Below the pieces are notes generated by a model, which saw only the letters and a program-made list of their open reading frames with translations, did no database searches and was not told the origin of the DNA. 64,000 nucleotides of DNA from the NCBI GenBank assembly GCA_038142325.1, contig JAYQJW010000002.1:448001-512000 (forward strand). The letters run 5' to 3'. Both the position numbers and the translations under genes were made by a program. This DNA is from Gammaproteobacteria bacterium (GTDB lineage: Bacteria > Pseudomonadota > Gammaproteobacteria > GCA-002705445 > GCA-002716945). Shown piece after piece: positions 37,485-48,416 of the stretch. The first letter of the stretch is position 1; every line of letters starts with the position of its first letter.

Positions 37485-37571
37485 GGAGACGTGCCAGAGT
37501 GGTTGAATGGGCCGGTCTTGAAAACCGTTAGGGTGTCAAAGCCCTCGTGGGTTCGAATCCCACCGTCTCCT
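37485..37571 (+). tRNA. tRNA-Ser(UGA), no encoded CCA
   Basis: Acceptor GGAGACG/CGTCTCC, anticodon loop CT-TGA-AA, long variable arm, GTTCGAATC. Confidence 0.95.
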
Positions 37572-37581
37572 AAATAATATT

Positions 37582-38790
37582 TTGAATTCTAAGAAATACT
37601 ATAGTTGGGTACTTTATGATTGGGCTAACTCAGCTTATGCAACAATTGTCTTAGCAGGTTTTTTTCCTATCATTTATGCAGAATATTATGCAACAACAAT
37701 TACTGATTCTGAGCGTACACTTTATTTAGGTGTTTCAAATTCAGTTGCAAGCATCATATTAATTTTCATTGCACCTATATTTGGCTTACTTTCTGATAAA
37801 TTTTCAAACAAGAAATTATTTTTATTTATATTTGCTGCTTTGAGTATATCTTCTACTTTTACTTTATCGATGATATCAAATGATAGTTATATTTTAGCAT
37901 CCATCTTGTTTTCTATTTCCTTGTTAGGTTTTATGATGTCCAATGTTTTTTATGATTCAATGCTATTAAATTTCGAATCAGATAATTATGATGTAGTTTC
38001 ATCCATGGGATATGCTTTTGGTTATTTGGGTGGTGGTTTAGCATTCGTATTTTCTCTCGCATTACTTTACATGCAAGGAGAGTCTTCAGTTGACCTTATC
38101 TCATCAAAAAAAATTGTTTTCATAATTGCAGGTCTATGGTGGACGATATTCATGATACCTCTGTTTTTATTCTGGAAAGAGAATAAAAATACTACTGTAT
38201 CAACAACTGTATTTAATACATTTCGTGAAATTAGATTAAATAAATCAATTTTTTATTTTTTAATTGCTTACTGGGTATACATTGACGGTGTTGATACTGT
38301 TATTAGAATGGCTATAAATTATGGTCTAACTATTGGTTTTAATTCATTCGATCTTCTTATAGCACTTTTGATTACACAATTTGTTGCATTTCCTGGCACT
38401 CTACTTATTAATAAATTTGCGGAACATTTTTCAGCGGAGACAGCAATTGTAGGTTGTTTATTAGTATATCTCGTTATTACTGTACAAGCCTATTTTCTGG
38501 ATTCTATAATCGGATTTTATTTAATTGCTTCACTTGTAGGTCTTGTTCAAGGTGGCATTCAAGCCCTTAGTAGATCATATTTTGCAAGATTAATTCCTAA
38601 TGAAAAACACTCTGAATATTTTGGTATATACAATATGCTAGGTAAATTTGCAGCTTTATTAGGACCTATTATTGTTGGTTTAGTAACATTTATAACAGAT
38701 GATTCAAGATTGGGTATATTGAGCATAAGTATATTCTTTATTTTTGGTATAATCTTATTTTCTCACTCAAGAAAGTATAAATTGAATTAA
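37582..38790 (+). CDS. MFS transporter (UMF1/ATG22-like)
   Basis: 'SWVLYDWANSAY', 'FYDSML', 'GYLGGG', 'QALSRSYF', 'FGIYNMLGKFAA'. Confidence 0.9.
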   Translation: MNSKKYYSWVLYDWANSAYATIVLAGFFPIIYAEYYATTITDSERTLYLGVSNSVASIILIFIAPIFGLLSDKFSNKKLFLFIFAALSISSTFTLSMISNDSYILASILFSISLLGFMMSNVFYDSMLLNFESDNYDVVSSMGYAFGYLGGGLAFVFSLALLYMQGESSVDLISSKKIVFIIAGLWWTIFMIPLFLFWKENKNTTVSTTVFNTFREIRLNKSIFYFLIAYWVYIDGVDTVIRMAINYGLTIGFNSFDLLIALLITQFVAFPGTLLINKFAEHFSAETAIVGCLLVYLVITVQAYFLDSIIGFYLIASLVGLVQGGIQALSRSYFARLIPNEKHSEYFGIYNMLGKFAALLGPIIVGLVTFITDDSRLGILSISIFFIFGIILFSHSRKYKLN

Positions 38791-38791
38791 C

Positions 38792-38878
38792 GGTAGGTTG
38801 GCAGAGTGGTCGAATGCGCCACCTTGGAAAGGTGGTTAACGAGCAATCGTTACAAGGGTTCGAATCCCTTACCTACCT
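38792..38878 (+). tRNA. tRNA-Ser(GGA), no encoded CCA
   Basis: Acceptor GGTAGGT/ACCTACC, anticodon arm CCACC-TT-GGA-AA-GGTGG, long variable arm, GTTCGAATC. Confidence 0.96.
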
Positions 38879-38944
38879 ATTAGAAATCAACGATAGCAAA
38901 ATTTCATTTATTGAATTGATACATGTTAATATGTATTTCTATTT

Positions 38945-39403
38945 ATGACACAGTCCATCAAAAAACTATCTGATATAGAAAAGATAAATTTAAATAACGC
39001 TGTTGAATTTCTTGTGCCTTATGTCCACGCAATTGTAAAAATATCATCTGAAGTTGATCTATCTACATCAGAATTTAAGAGCAAAATCACAAGTCTTTAC
39101 TTAGAGATTAATTCCGAAGATAAAGGTAGAATTGAGGCATCGGCAAGTCACAATAATTTTGATTTTTCTCTATTATATACAGGGACAAGAAGCTTTATTC
39201 TAACGATAAAAGGTTTACGAAATTTTGAAGGTTTTTCATTTATGGAAACAAATAAGGGAATGAATCTTCATGATGATCTGAGTTCAAATAACGCGCACGT
39301 AAGTAATATGATAATGAATCAATTTTTAAAATATTACAAAAGCCCATATTTAATAAGTGATGTGTATAAAAAATTTTTAGAAAACGGTGAGAGTTTTATA
39401 TGA
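38945..39403 (+). CDS. Hypothetical protein
   Basis: 152-aa ORF with ATGA overlap to the next gene; no motif recognised. Confidence 0.7.
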   Translation: MTQSIKKLSDIEKINLNNAVEFLVPYVHAIVKISSEVDLSTSEFKSKITSLYLEINSEDKGRIEASASHNNFDFSLLYTGTRSFILTIKGLRNFEGFSFMETNKGMNLHDDLSSNNAHVSNMIMNQFLKYYKSPYLISDVYKKFLENGESFI

Positions 39404-40569
39404 GAATATCAATAATAGGCGCCGGTTATGTTGGACTTTCAAATGCAGTACTCTTATCAACTAAACATGATGTCGTTTGTTACGATATTGATAAAACTAA
39501 AGTAGATCTGATTAATGATAAAAAATCTCCTATCAAAGATAAGTTAATTTCTCAATATTTACGCACAAAGAAAATATCATTAAAAGCAACATCACAACTT
39601 GATTCATCTATTTTTAAATCAAAAATTATTATTATTTCAACACCCACTAATTTTGATAATAAAAAAAATAAATTTGATACATCTTCTATAGATCAAATTT
39701 TAAAGAAACTATCTAGCAATAATGTACAATCAACGATTGTGATTAAATCTACAGTTTCAATTGGATATACTGAATCTGCTTGCAAAAAATATAAAAAATT
39801 GAAAATATATTTTTCTCCCGAGTTTCTTAGAGAAGGAAAAGCATTGGAAGATAATCTATATCCATCAAGAATAATAATCGGTGGTAATGACAAATATTCT
39901 AGAGAATTTATTCAAACTATTAAAAGAGTAGCTCTCAAAAAGAATATTAAAATATTATATATGTCGAATAGTGAAGCGGAGTCTGTAAAATTATTCTCAA
40001 ATACCTATCTTGCAACACGCGTTTCTTTTTTTAATGAATTAGATTCCTTTTGTGTTGAGAAAAAATTAGATTCTAAATCTATTATTGATGGACTATCATC
40101 GGATTCTAGAATAGGTGACATCTATAACAATCCATCCTTTGGCTTTGGAGGCTATTGTCTTCCAAAAGATACAAAACAATTGCGTTCAAGTTTTGGCAAT
40201 ATTCCTAATGCGCTGATAAAATCACTTGGCAATTCTAATCGGTTGCGAAAAAAGCATATTGTGAATGATATTTTAAAGCTTAAGTGTAGGAATATTGGTA
40301 TATATTTGCTTGCTATGAAGAAAGGCTCAGATAACTTCAGAGAATCAAGTATTATTGATATAATAAAACATCTTAGAAAAAGCAGTAAAAATGTTTTTAT
40401 ATATGAGCCCTTATTGAATGAGAAAAAAACTATATTTGGTTGTATTGTTTTAAATGATTTTGAAAAATTCTTAAAAAAATCAGATATTATAATTACTAAT
40501 AGATACTCACATAAACTCAATAAAGTATCAAATAAGATTTATACACGTGATATATATGGAGAAAATTAA
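39400..40569 (+). CDS. ugd: UDP-glucose 6-dehydrogenase
   Basis: 'GAGYVGLS', 'IKSTV', 'SPEFLREG', 'KLFSNTYLA', catalytic 'GGYCLPKD', 'NFRES'. Confidence 0.94.
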   Translation: MRISIIGAGYVGLSNAVLLSTKHDVVCYDIDKTKVDLINDKKSPIKDKLISQYLRTKKISLKATSQLDSSIFKSKIIIISTPTNFDNKKNKFDTSSIDQILKKLSSNNVQSTIVIKSTVSIGYTESACKKYKKLKIYFSPEFLREGKALEDNLYPSRIIIGGNDKYSREFIQTIKRVALKKNIKILYMSNSEAESVKLFSNTYLATRVSFFNELDSFCVEKKLDSKSIIDGLSSDSRIGDIYNNPSFGFGGYCLPKDTKQLRSSFGNIPNALIKSLGNSNRLRKKHIVNDILKLKCRNIGIYLLAMKKGSDNFRESSIIDIIKHLRKSSKNVFIYEPLLNEKKTIFGCIVLNDFEKFLKKSDIIITNRYSHKLNKVSNKIYTRDIYGEN

Positions 40570-40904
40570 TGTCAATTAAAATTAATTTTGTAAGAGGCGA
40601 TGAAGTTCTAACAACAACAATGAGTGTTGGTCGGACTATGCTTGATGCTGCAAAAAAATTAAAAATTCCTGAAATACCTGCTATATGCAATGGTTCTTGT
40701 AACTGCGGAACTTGTCATGTGCATATAGACCCTGAATGGGTGGATAAGATTGAGCCTATGGATCCGGGTTCAATGGAATTATTTATGTTAGAGCGTTCTG
40801 ATAACTATGATGAGCAAAGAAGTCGTTTATGCTGTCAAATGGACATTTATGATGTTTATGAGGGCCTAACTGTTCATCTAATTGATAATAGACAAGATAA
40901 ATAA
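40569..40904 (+). CDS. 2Fe-2S ferredoxin (adrenodoxin/ISC type)
   Basis: 'CNGSCNCGTCHV' and 'SRLCCQ' cluster ligands. Confidence 0.92.
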   Translation: MSIKINFVRGDEVLTTTMSVGRTMLDAAKKLKIPEIPAICNGSCNCGTCHVHIDPEWVDKIEPMDPGSMELFMLERSDNYDEQRSRLCCQMDIYDVYEGLTVHLIDNRQDK

Positions 40905-40906
40905 CT

Positions 40907-41569
40907 ATGCTTAATCAGAACTTCCATGAAAAAGTTGTGATGCAATCATCTCAATTTGAATCTGTGTCTTCGCCGTGTGACGGTGTAATCAGAACATTAT
41001 TGGAAAGAAGTGAAGATTCTGAATACGCAATATCTACTACTTTAGTAGAATTCCAACCCGACTCGCGCTTTGATGAACATATACATGATCACGGAGAAGA
41101 GTTATTTGTTATAGAGGGTACATTTTCTGATGAATATGGTGATTATCCAGAAGGTACTTACATTAGAAATCCAAATGGTACTAAACATAGTCCATTTAGC
41201 AAACATGGATGTAAATTATTTGTTAAATTAAGACAATTCAATAACAAAGATGATAAAAAAATTATTATAAACACTAATAAACAGTCTTGGTTGCCTGGAT
41301 TGGTAAAAGGTCTTGAGGTTATGCCACTTCATAATTTTGAGCATGAGAATACTGCTTTAGTAAAATGGGATAAAAATACACAGTTTAACTTTCACCAACA
41401 TTTTGGCGGTGAGGAAATACTTGTTCTTAACGGTACATTCTATGATGAATTTGGAAGCTATCCAAAATTAACTTGGATAAGAAATCCGCATATGAGCAAG
41501 CACACTCCTTATACTCTAGATGATGGAGCATTAATTTTTGTTAAAACAGGACATCTATTAAGTCGATAA
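40907..41569 (+). CDS. Two-domain cupin protein (ChrR/Cupin_7-like)
   Basis: Repeated 'H.H.GGEE..VL.G.F.DE.G.YP....RNP..S.H.P' domains. Confidence 0.88.
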   Translation: MLNQNFHEKVVMQSSQFESVSSPCDGVIRTLLERSEDSEYAISTTLVEFQPDSRFDEHIHDHGEELFVIEGTFSDEYGDYPEGTYIRNPNGTKHSPFSKHGCKLFVKLRQFNNKDDKKIIINTNKQSWLPGLVKGLEVMPLHNFEHENTALVKWDKNTQFNFHQHFGGEEILVLNGTFYDEFGSYPKLTWIRNPHMSKHTPYTLDDGALIFVKTGHLLSR

Positions 41570-41570
41570 T

Positions 41571-43128
41571 ATGAATAATAAAATACTCGCTTTAAAATAT
41601 AGACCAAGATTTTTTAATGAAGTCATTGGACAAGATTTTTGCGTTCAATCACTTAGTAATTCAATCAAGTTAAATAAAATGCATAATGCTTACCTTTTCT
41701 CTGGCACCAGAGGAGTAGGTAAGACTACTATCGCAAGAATATTTGCAAAATCTTTACTTTGCAAAGAGGGTATTTCAGATACGCCATGTGGTAAATGCGA
41801 ATCTTGTCTTGGTATTGATAGTAATAATAATCTTGATTTAATTGAAATTGATGCTGCTTCAAGAACAAAAGTTGAAGATACTAGAACCTTAATGGAAAAT
41901 GTACAATATGCACCCACATCATCAAGATTTAAAATTTATCTCATTGATGAAGTACACATGCTATCTACAAAAAGCTTTAATGCATTATTAAAGACTATCG
42001 AAGCACCACCTGAGCATGTCAAATTTTTGCTTGCTACTACTGATCCTGAGAAACTTCCAGAAACAGTTATTTCAAGATGTTTACATTTTAAATTAGATTC
42101 AATTACAAAAGATAAATTAGCAGAATTTATAGGAGAAACTCTTGATAAAGAATCCATAGAATATGAACAGAATGTTCCTCTAATTATTTCAGAAGCTGCT
42201 AGAGGAAGCGTTAGAGATTCAATGAGTATTTTAGAACAATGTATATCATATGGTAACGGCAATCTTAAATATTCTGAAATTTCTCAACTACTGGGAATAG
42301 TAGATGAAAAACTAGTTGATAATATTTTATTAAATCTAATTAATAATTCTATGTCTAATATCCATGCAGCTTTTGGATGATAATGTATCAAACAATTATT
42401 ACAAGCTTCTTGATTGTCTCATCGAACGTGTTTTTCAAATATCAATTTCGCGTAAATCTGATTTAAAAAGTTATGATTTACCAGATGAGTTATTAGTTGA
42501 TACATTAAACCTTGAGGATTTGCAGTTATGGTATTCAATCCTGCTCCAAGCAAAAGAAGACTTTGGGTCTGCATCCTCTAAAAAGGATCATTTGCTAATG
42601 ATTTTATTGAGAATTAATTTATTTACTAATTATCCTAGTAATCAAGATATTGAACAAAAAAAACTAGTAACGATAATAAAGAGAAAAAACGAAAACAATA
42701 TTGTAAAAAAAAAAATAACTGAAGACAAAGTGTACGAGACAGATACTGTAGATTATTCGCTTGACTCCTTAAAAAAATTCATCAGTTCACAAGATATTCA
42801 AGGACTAATGCTTGATTTATCGCAGAATTCAATTATTGAGTCTAATAACAAATGCACAAAACTCATAATAGATGAATCAAAGAAGAATACTTATCCAAAA
42901 AAGTGCGTTGATGACTTTACCACACTAATAATTGATTATTTCAAAGTTACAAATGAACTTATTATTGAATATTCAAATGATATATTTACATTGTACAAAC
43001 AATCAATCAATGAGAAGTTAAAATCTCAGGATGATATGTATAACTCAGTTAAGGATAACACTCTTATTAAAGAGATTGAGGATGTTTTTGATGCTAAAAT
43101 AGATAAAGAAAATATTAGCAAACTATGA
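41571..43128 (+). CDS. dnaX: DNA polymerase III subunit gamma/tau; frameshift near 42370
   Basis: 'LALKYRP', 'GTRGVGKTT', zinc cysteines, 'EIDAAS', 'IDEVHML', 'SRC'; followed by ybaB-recR. Confidence 0.95.
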
Positions 43129-43140
43129 CGGGGAATTATT

Positions 43141-43449
43141 ATGGGCATGTTTGACAAAATGAAAGAAGCAAAAAATATGTACAGCAACATAAAGAAAGCT
43201 CAAAATGAAATTAACAAAATTAAAGTTGAAGGAACAGCTGGTGCAGGAGCAGTATCTGTTACAGTTAAAGGAAATCATCAGATTGTAAGTATTAAAATAG
43301 ATGATGATACGCAAAAGGGTAATAAAAAAATACTTGAAGATTACCTTGTTGCCGCATGTAACGATGCCATGAACAAACTAGAAAAAGAAACAAAAGATAA
43401 AATGGGTAGTGTTATGAACTTACCTGGCGGCATGAAGTTACCATTTTAA
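43141..43449 (+). CDS. ybaB: YbaB/EbfC nucleoid-associated protein
   Basis: 'G.AGAGAV', 'LEDYLVAACNDA', 'PGGMKLPF'; lies between dnaX and recR. Confidence 0.93.
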   Translation: MGMFDKMKEAKNMYSNIKKAQNEINKIKVEGTAGAGAVSVTVKGNHQIVSIKIDDDTQKGNKKILEDYLVAACNDAMNKLEKETKDKMGSVMNLPGGMKLPF

Positions 43450-43454
43450 TTTAA

Positions 43455-44075
43455 ATGATTAAATCTAAATATCTTGAAAATCTCATAGATGCATTAACTA
43501 TTTTACCAGGTGTAGGACGTAAGAGCGCTCAGCGAATGGCCTATCAGCTGCTTAACTCTAATCCTGAAAAATCAATTCATTTAGCAAATCAACTCAATAA
43601 CATTGACTCTAAAATATCTAAGTGCAAAATTTGTGGATTATTCATGGATATAGATGAGGTTGAAATTCAGAGCGATGATTCATGTCATTTTTGCGAGAGA
43701 GAAAATAGAGATCCATCACTAATTTGTATAGTTGAGTCTGCAACAGATGTTTATACAATTGATGAAAGCACAAACTATCGTGGATATTTCTTTGTTTTAC
43801 AAGGTAACTTATCACCTATTGATGGAAGAGGTCCATCAGAAATAGGTTTAGATAAACTTGAAATGAAACTATCAAAAAAAAATATCAATGAACTAATTCT
43901 TGCAACTAGTACAACAATCGAAGGTGAAGCAACTGCACATTACATTAAAGATATGGCCTCTAGGCAAAATATTAATATCTCACGACTAGCATTTGGTTTA
44001 CCATTAAATGGTGAAATTAGTTTTCTAGATAATGAAACAATATCTCATGCTTTTAATGAAAGAAAAACATTTTAA
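43455..44075 (+). CDS. recR: Recombination mediator RecR
   Basis: 'LPGVGRKSAQR', C4 zinc finger, Toprim 'ICIVE', 'EGEATA'. Confidence 0.96.
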   Translation: MIKSKYLENLIDALTILPGVGRKSAQRMAYQLLNSNPEKSIHLANQLNNIDSKISKCKICGLFMDIDEVEIQSDDSCHFCERENRDPSLICIVESATDVYTIDESTNYRGYFFVLQGNLSPIDGRGPSEIGLDKLEMKLSKKNINELILATSTTIEGEATAHYIKDMASRQNINISRLAFGLPLNGEISFLDNETISHAFNERKTF

Positions 44076-44410
44076 AGCATTACGGCTTTATCTATTTTAG
44101 CAGCACATATAAAATCGTTTTCGGATAAACCATCAATTGCATATGTAAAGTATTTAACTTTTGCGGTGTTATAGCCAAAGGTTATTTCAGGATGGTGATC
44201 TTCACTATGTGAAATATATATTATTAAATTTATTATGGAGGATATCTCATAATGATTCTTGCGAGTATATATTTTTTCAATAAATTTAAAATCATCACTA
44301 AGTTTCCACTCAGAATCTAATTTAGATAATAATTTTTCAGCCTCATTTTTTGAAAGTGTATCTAGACCCCCTTCACATGGTACACACTTTTTTTTATCTA
44401 AATCAGTCAT
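44072..44410 (-). CDS. phhB: Pterin-4-alpha-carbinolamine dehydratase
   Basis: 'CVPCEG', 'EDHHP', 'GLSENDFICAAKID'. Confidence 0.92.
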   Translation of the reverse strand: MTDLDKKKCVPCEGGLDTLSKNEAEKLLSKLDSEWKLSDDFKFIEKIYTRKNHYEISSIINLIIYISHSEDHHPEITFGYNTAKVKYFTYAIDGLSENDFICAAKIDKAVML

Positions 44411-45629
44411 TTTTAATATTAAGGTTATTTATTCTCTCCAATACAGTTGGATGTGAGTAATAAACCATAGCATAAAGTTTGTTTGGTATTAAGAAAGTTA
44501 AATTTGATTTGTATAATTTTGTTAGAGAGCTTATCAAAAGACTTTTATCTACTTGTTTTGAAGCAAAACTATCAGCTTCGTACTCATTTTTTCTTGATAG
44601 TACAGAAAAAAATGGATCAATAAAAAAGCTGACAACTTGATATGTGAAGATTAGTGCAATAAGTTGTGAAGCTTCATTAAATGGTAAATTTAAAAGCTCA
44701 AGGTATGCTGAACTATTAATTAGATTTGATAGAACAAATAAACCTAAAAAAATTATAATCGTTGATAACAACAATGACTTAGAAATATGTTTATGCTTAT
44801 AGTGACCTATTTCATGAGCCAATACAGCTTTAATTTCTTTTGGGTTTAATAGCTCTAGAAGAGTATCGTAAAATACAATCCTTCTATTTTTAGAAAAACC
44901 AGTGAAATAAGCATTTGGATGTTTTGATCTTTTCGATTGATTCATTACGAACAAATTATCAATACTAAAGTTCGTTCTTTTTGATAGATCATCGATTTCA
45001 TTTTTTATTTCTTCATCATCAAGGTTTTCAAATTTATTAAATAATGGAGATATGTATGTTGGATATATGAAAATACTTATTATAGTTATTGAAAAAATTG
45101 TCAATGCCATTAAAAACCACCACATGTCTTTGAAATCAATTATGTAAAAGAAAACAGAACTTATAAATGCAACTAAAACTAAAAACATAACAATTGATAT
45201 GAGTTGATCCTTAAAGAATAGAAACTTTGTTGATGTATTGAATTCATATTTTGTCTCAATAACAAATGTTGAGTAATATGATAACGGTAACATTGATAAA
45301 ACAATGACTAATAATACGGTTAGCACAGTTAATAAGTTTATAAAGTAGTCATTAATAAAATAAATATTTATTATTGTATTTATTTGATAGACACCTCCGC
45401 CAATTAATAAATAATATACCCATGACATATATATAATGTTTCTTAACATCGATATTCGAAGTTTAGAAATATTATATGAGCGTGATTTGGATTCTTGTTG
45501 CTCATCTATACCTAATAATGCTGCAGATTGTGGATCAACCTTTGCTGTTTTAGTTGTGTGTATTTGCATTGCGTCAAGCGCAAGTTTTGCAAATAGGTAC
45601 AACAAAATAATTAATGTTACTTCACTCAT
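44403..45629 (-). CDS. M48 (Ste24-like) membrane metallopeptidase
   Basis: Multi-TM; 'NAYFTG', 'HEIGH', 'EYEAD', 'SHP...R'. Confidence 0.92.
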   Translation of the reverse strand: MSEVTLIILLYLFAKLALDAMQIHTTKTAKVDPQSAALLGIDEQQESKSRSYNISKLRISMLRNIIYMSWVYYLLIGGGVYQINTIINIYFINDYFINLLTVLTVLLVIVLSMLPLSYYSTFVIETKYEFNTSTKFLFFKDQLISIVMFLVLVAFISSVFFYIIDFKDMWWFLMALTIFSITIISIFIYPTYISPLFNKFENLDDEEIKNEIDDLSKRTNFSIDNLFVMNQSKRSKHPNAYFTGFSKNRRIVFYDTLLELLNPKEIKAVLAHEIGHYKHKHISKSLLLSTIIIFLGLFVLSNLINSSAYLELLNLPFNEASQLIALIFTYQVVSFFIDPFFSVLSRKNEYEADSFASKQVDKSLLISSLTKLYKSNLTFLIPNKLYAMVYYSHPTVLERINNLNIKND

Positions 45630-45676
45630 AATTAATGTGGTTTTACTTTACTATACAATTATACTAACCTTAGCTC

Positions 45677-46219
45677 ATGAAAGATAGAAGTAACATGATT
45701 TGGATTGATCTTGAAATGACGGGACTCGATACTCAAAGAGATTACATTATAGAAATTGCATCGATTATTACAGACAAAAACTTAAATATTCTTGATGAGG
45801 GACCCAATTTAGTTATAAATCAACCAGATGAGATTTTAAATTCTATGGATAAATGGAATACAGACCATCACAACAATAGTGGTTTAGTTCAGAAAGTTAA
45901 AGATAGCAATATAACTGAATCGATAGCTGAAAAACAAACAATTCAATTTTTATCAAAATATGTATCAAAAGGGACTGCGCCTTTATGTGGTAACACAATT
46001 TGTCAAGATAGAAGATTTTTAGCACGATGCATGCCTGAGTTAGAGGCATTCTGTCATTATAGAAGTATCGATGTTAGCTCAATACGAGAGCTTGGAAAAA
46101 GATGGTACTTTGAAGATATTGATAATTTTCAAAAACATTCTAACCATAGAGCTCTAGACGATATCAGAGATTCAATTGATGAATTGAGATATTACAGGAA
46201 AACTATTTTTAAGCTTTAG
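45677..46219 (+). CDS. orn: Oligoribonuclease
   Basis: 'WIDLEMTGL', '[11 protein letters not shown]', 'HRALDDI'. Confidence 0.97.
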   Translation: MKDRSNMIWIDLEMTGLDTQRDYIIEIASIITDKNLNILDEGPNLVINQPDEILNSMDKWNTDHHNNSGLVQKVKDSNITESIAEKQTIQFLSKYVSKGTAPLCGNTICQDRRFLARCMPELEAFCHYRSIDVSSIRELGKRWYFEDIDNFQKHSNHRALDDIRDSIDELRYYRKTIFKL

Positions 46220-47816
46220 AAACTAGTTTCATGAAGTAATCTTTCTTATTATTTTTTAGCTTAGTCGCGTTTTTATATTTTTCATCTTGATATAAATAAT
46301 CTTTATTATAATGAAGACCTCGGCTTTCTTTTCTGTATGAAGCTGATCTTATGATTATGTCAGCAACATCAATAATATTTCTTAATTCAAGCAAATCGAC
46401 AGTAATAGAATGTGTATGATAAAACTCATTTATTTCACTGTGTATAAGACTTAATCGCTCTTTGGCATACGCTAGCATTTTATCTGATCTAACAATACCA
46501 ACATAATTCCACATAATCTTTCTCAATTCAGCCCAGTTATGTTTTATAAGTACTGTTTCTTCATTGGGCTTTGAAACATAGCTATCATCCCACAAAGGCA
46601 ATTCATTTTTTTTGCTAAAGCCAGTGTTTATCATTTTGATTTTTTTACAGCACTCCATTGCCATGACTGAGCATTCAAGTAGAGAATTACTTGCAAGTCG
46701 GTTTGCTCCATGAAGACCTGTATGAGCTACTTCTCCTATAGCAAATAGATTGATGCATTCTGTTTGGCCAGAGACTGTTGTTTCAATTCCACCACATGTA
46801 TAATGTGCAGCCGGAACAACAGGTATCGGTTCTTTTGTGATATCAATTCCTAATTCCAAGCATCTTTGATAAATAGTTGGAAATCTTGAAAGTATAAAAT
46901 TTTTATCTTTCGATGATATATCAAGATATACATGATCGTAATTGTTATTCTTCATCTCAGAGTCAATTGCTCTTGCAACAACATCTCTTGGTGCAAGTTC
47001 AGCACGATCATCATATTTTTTCATAAAGCAATTACCATGCAAGTCCTTTAGCTTTGCTCCTTCTCCTCTTAGAGATTCTGATATAAGAAAATTTTTTTCA
47101 TCAGGATGAAATAAACATGTAGGATGAAATTGAATAAATTCCATGTTTGTAACAGTGCAACCAAATCTCCAAGCCATTGCTATGCCATCTCCCGTAGAAG
47201 TTTGTGGATTTGTTGTATATTGATATATCTTGCTTGCACCACCAGATGCTAGGATGGTTATATTTGATTTAATTGTTATTACATCTTTTTGATCATTGTC
47301 AAATGCATACAACCCTTCACACATACTATCTTTTTTACCTATTAAATCTATCGCCATGAAATTTTCTTTGTATGTGATATTTTCTGAATTCATAATTATT
47401 TTCATCAGAGATGTGTGAATCTCTTCACCTGTATTATCGTTATGATAAATTATCCTTCTCTTAGAATGACCGCCCTCAAGAGTTTGATTGAATATTTGTC
47501 CTTCTTTATTAAACTTAACTCCATGTCGAGCAAGAAGATCAATGCTTTGCTTACCTTGTTTAATGATATTCTCTACTGCATTAACATCACAAAGTTCATG
47601 CCCATTTTTTACAGTATCTTTAATATGGTAATTAACATGATCATTATCATCTACGACAGCCGCAATACCTCCTTGTGCCCATGCAGTTGAACATTTATTC
47701 GAGGAGGACTTGCTTATTATTGTGACCTTAAATTCTTTAGACAATTCTATTGCAGCAAGTAATCCTGATACACCTGTCCCAACAATCAAGATTTCCGTAT
47801 TAATTCTAGTCGGCAT
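46209..47816 (-). CDS. nadB: L-aspartate oxidase
   Basis: 'WAQGGIA', 'EGGHS', 'QFHPT', 'LAPRD', '[11 protein letters not shown]', 'ESRGLH'; divergent from rpoE. Confidence 0.96.
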   Translation of the reverse strand: MPTRINTEILIVGTGVSGLLAAIELSKEFKVTIISKSSSNKCSTAWAQGGIAAVVDDNDHVNYHIKDTVKNGHELCDVNAVENIIKQGKQSIDLLARHGVKFNKEGQIFNQTLEGGHSKRRIIYHNDNTGEEIHTSLMKIIMNSENITYKENFMAIDLIGKKDSMCEGLYAFDNDQKDVITIKSNITILASGGASKIYQYTTNPQTSTGDGIAMAWRFGCTVTNMEFIQFHPTCLFHPDEKNFLISESLRGEGAKLKDLHGNCFMKKYDDRAELAPRDVVARAIDSEMKNNNYDHVYLDISSKDKNFILSRFPTIYQRCLELGIDITKEPIPVVPAAHYTCGGIETTVSGQTECINLFAIGEVAHTGLHGANRLASNSLLECSVMAMECCKKIKMINTGFSKKNELPLWDDSYVSKPNEETVLIKHNWAELRKIMWNYVGIVRSDKMLAYAKERLSLIHSEINEFYHTHSITVDLLELRNIIDVADIIIRSASYRKESRGLHYNKDYLYQDEKYKNATKLKNNKKDYFMKLVSKA

Positions 47817-47841
47817 ATACTATAAAATAACACAATAAAAA

Positions 47842-48416
47842 ATGACTACAAATATCAATATCGAAGAGGATGATGAGATCATAAAAAGGTGTCTATCTGG
47901 AGAGATAGAAGCGTTTAGATACCTTGTTGAGAAATATCAGATTAGAATAATCAACACATGCTTCAAGTACACTAAAATTTTGTTGATGCTGAAGATGTAG
48001 CACAAGAGGTGTTTCTCAGAGCTTATGATAATCTAAATAATTTTAAGTTTGATAGTAAATTTTATTCTTGGTTATACAGAATTGCAGTAAATACTAGTCT
48101 TAATTACATTAACTCTAAAGAAAAACGTAAAGAAAAAGAAACTATTTCTGATGAATCCTGTCTAAATAATTCAAATACATCATCTGATAATCCTAGTGAT
48201 TATTATCAGATGTTGGAGTTAATAGATAAAGTTGAGCCTTTATTTGATAATTTACCTGATGATTTAAAAAAGTTGTTAGAGTTATATGAAATTTATGATT
48301 ACTCTTATGAAGAAATATCAAAAAAACTCTCTGTGCCAATCGGAACTGTGCGATCAAGGTTGCACAGAGCAAGGAGTATGCTAATCTCGAATTTTAAAGA
48401 TTTATACGATGAATAA
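47842..48416 (+). CDS. rpoE: ECF sigma factor RpoE/AlgU; frameshift near 47980
   Basis: 'AFRYLVEKYQ', 'DAEDVAQEVF', 'FYSWLYRIAVN', 'PIGTVRSRLHRAR'; nadB/degP synteny. Confidence 0.9.

Noticed and set aside
38919-38936. Inverted repeat ATACAT-N6-ATGTAT after tRNA-Ser(GGA)
   Set aside because: A 6-bp AT-rich stem is expected by chance at this base composition; it cannot be assigned as terminator or operator
38879-41571. Prophage or integrative element at tRNA-Ser, or an SRP RNA gene before dnaX
   Set aside because: No integrase, no duplicated tRNA 3' end and no SRP-like GC-rich hairpin is visible
42364-42380. dnaX frameshift near 42370 as the programmed gamma/tau site
   Set aside because: It falls inside domain III (about codon 267), too early for a functional gamma, and has no slippery heptamer; likely an error
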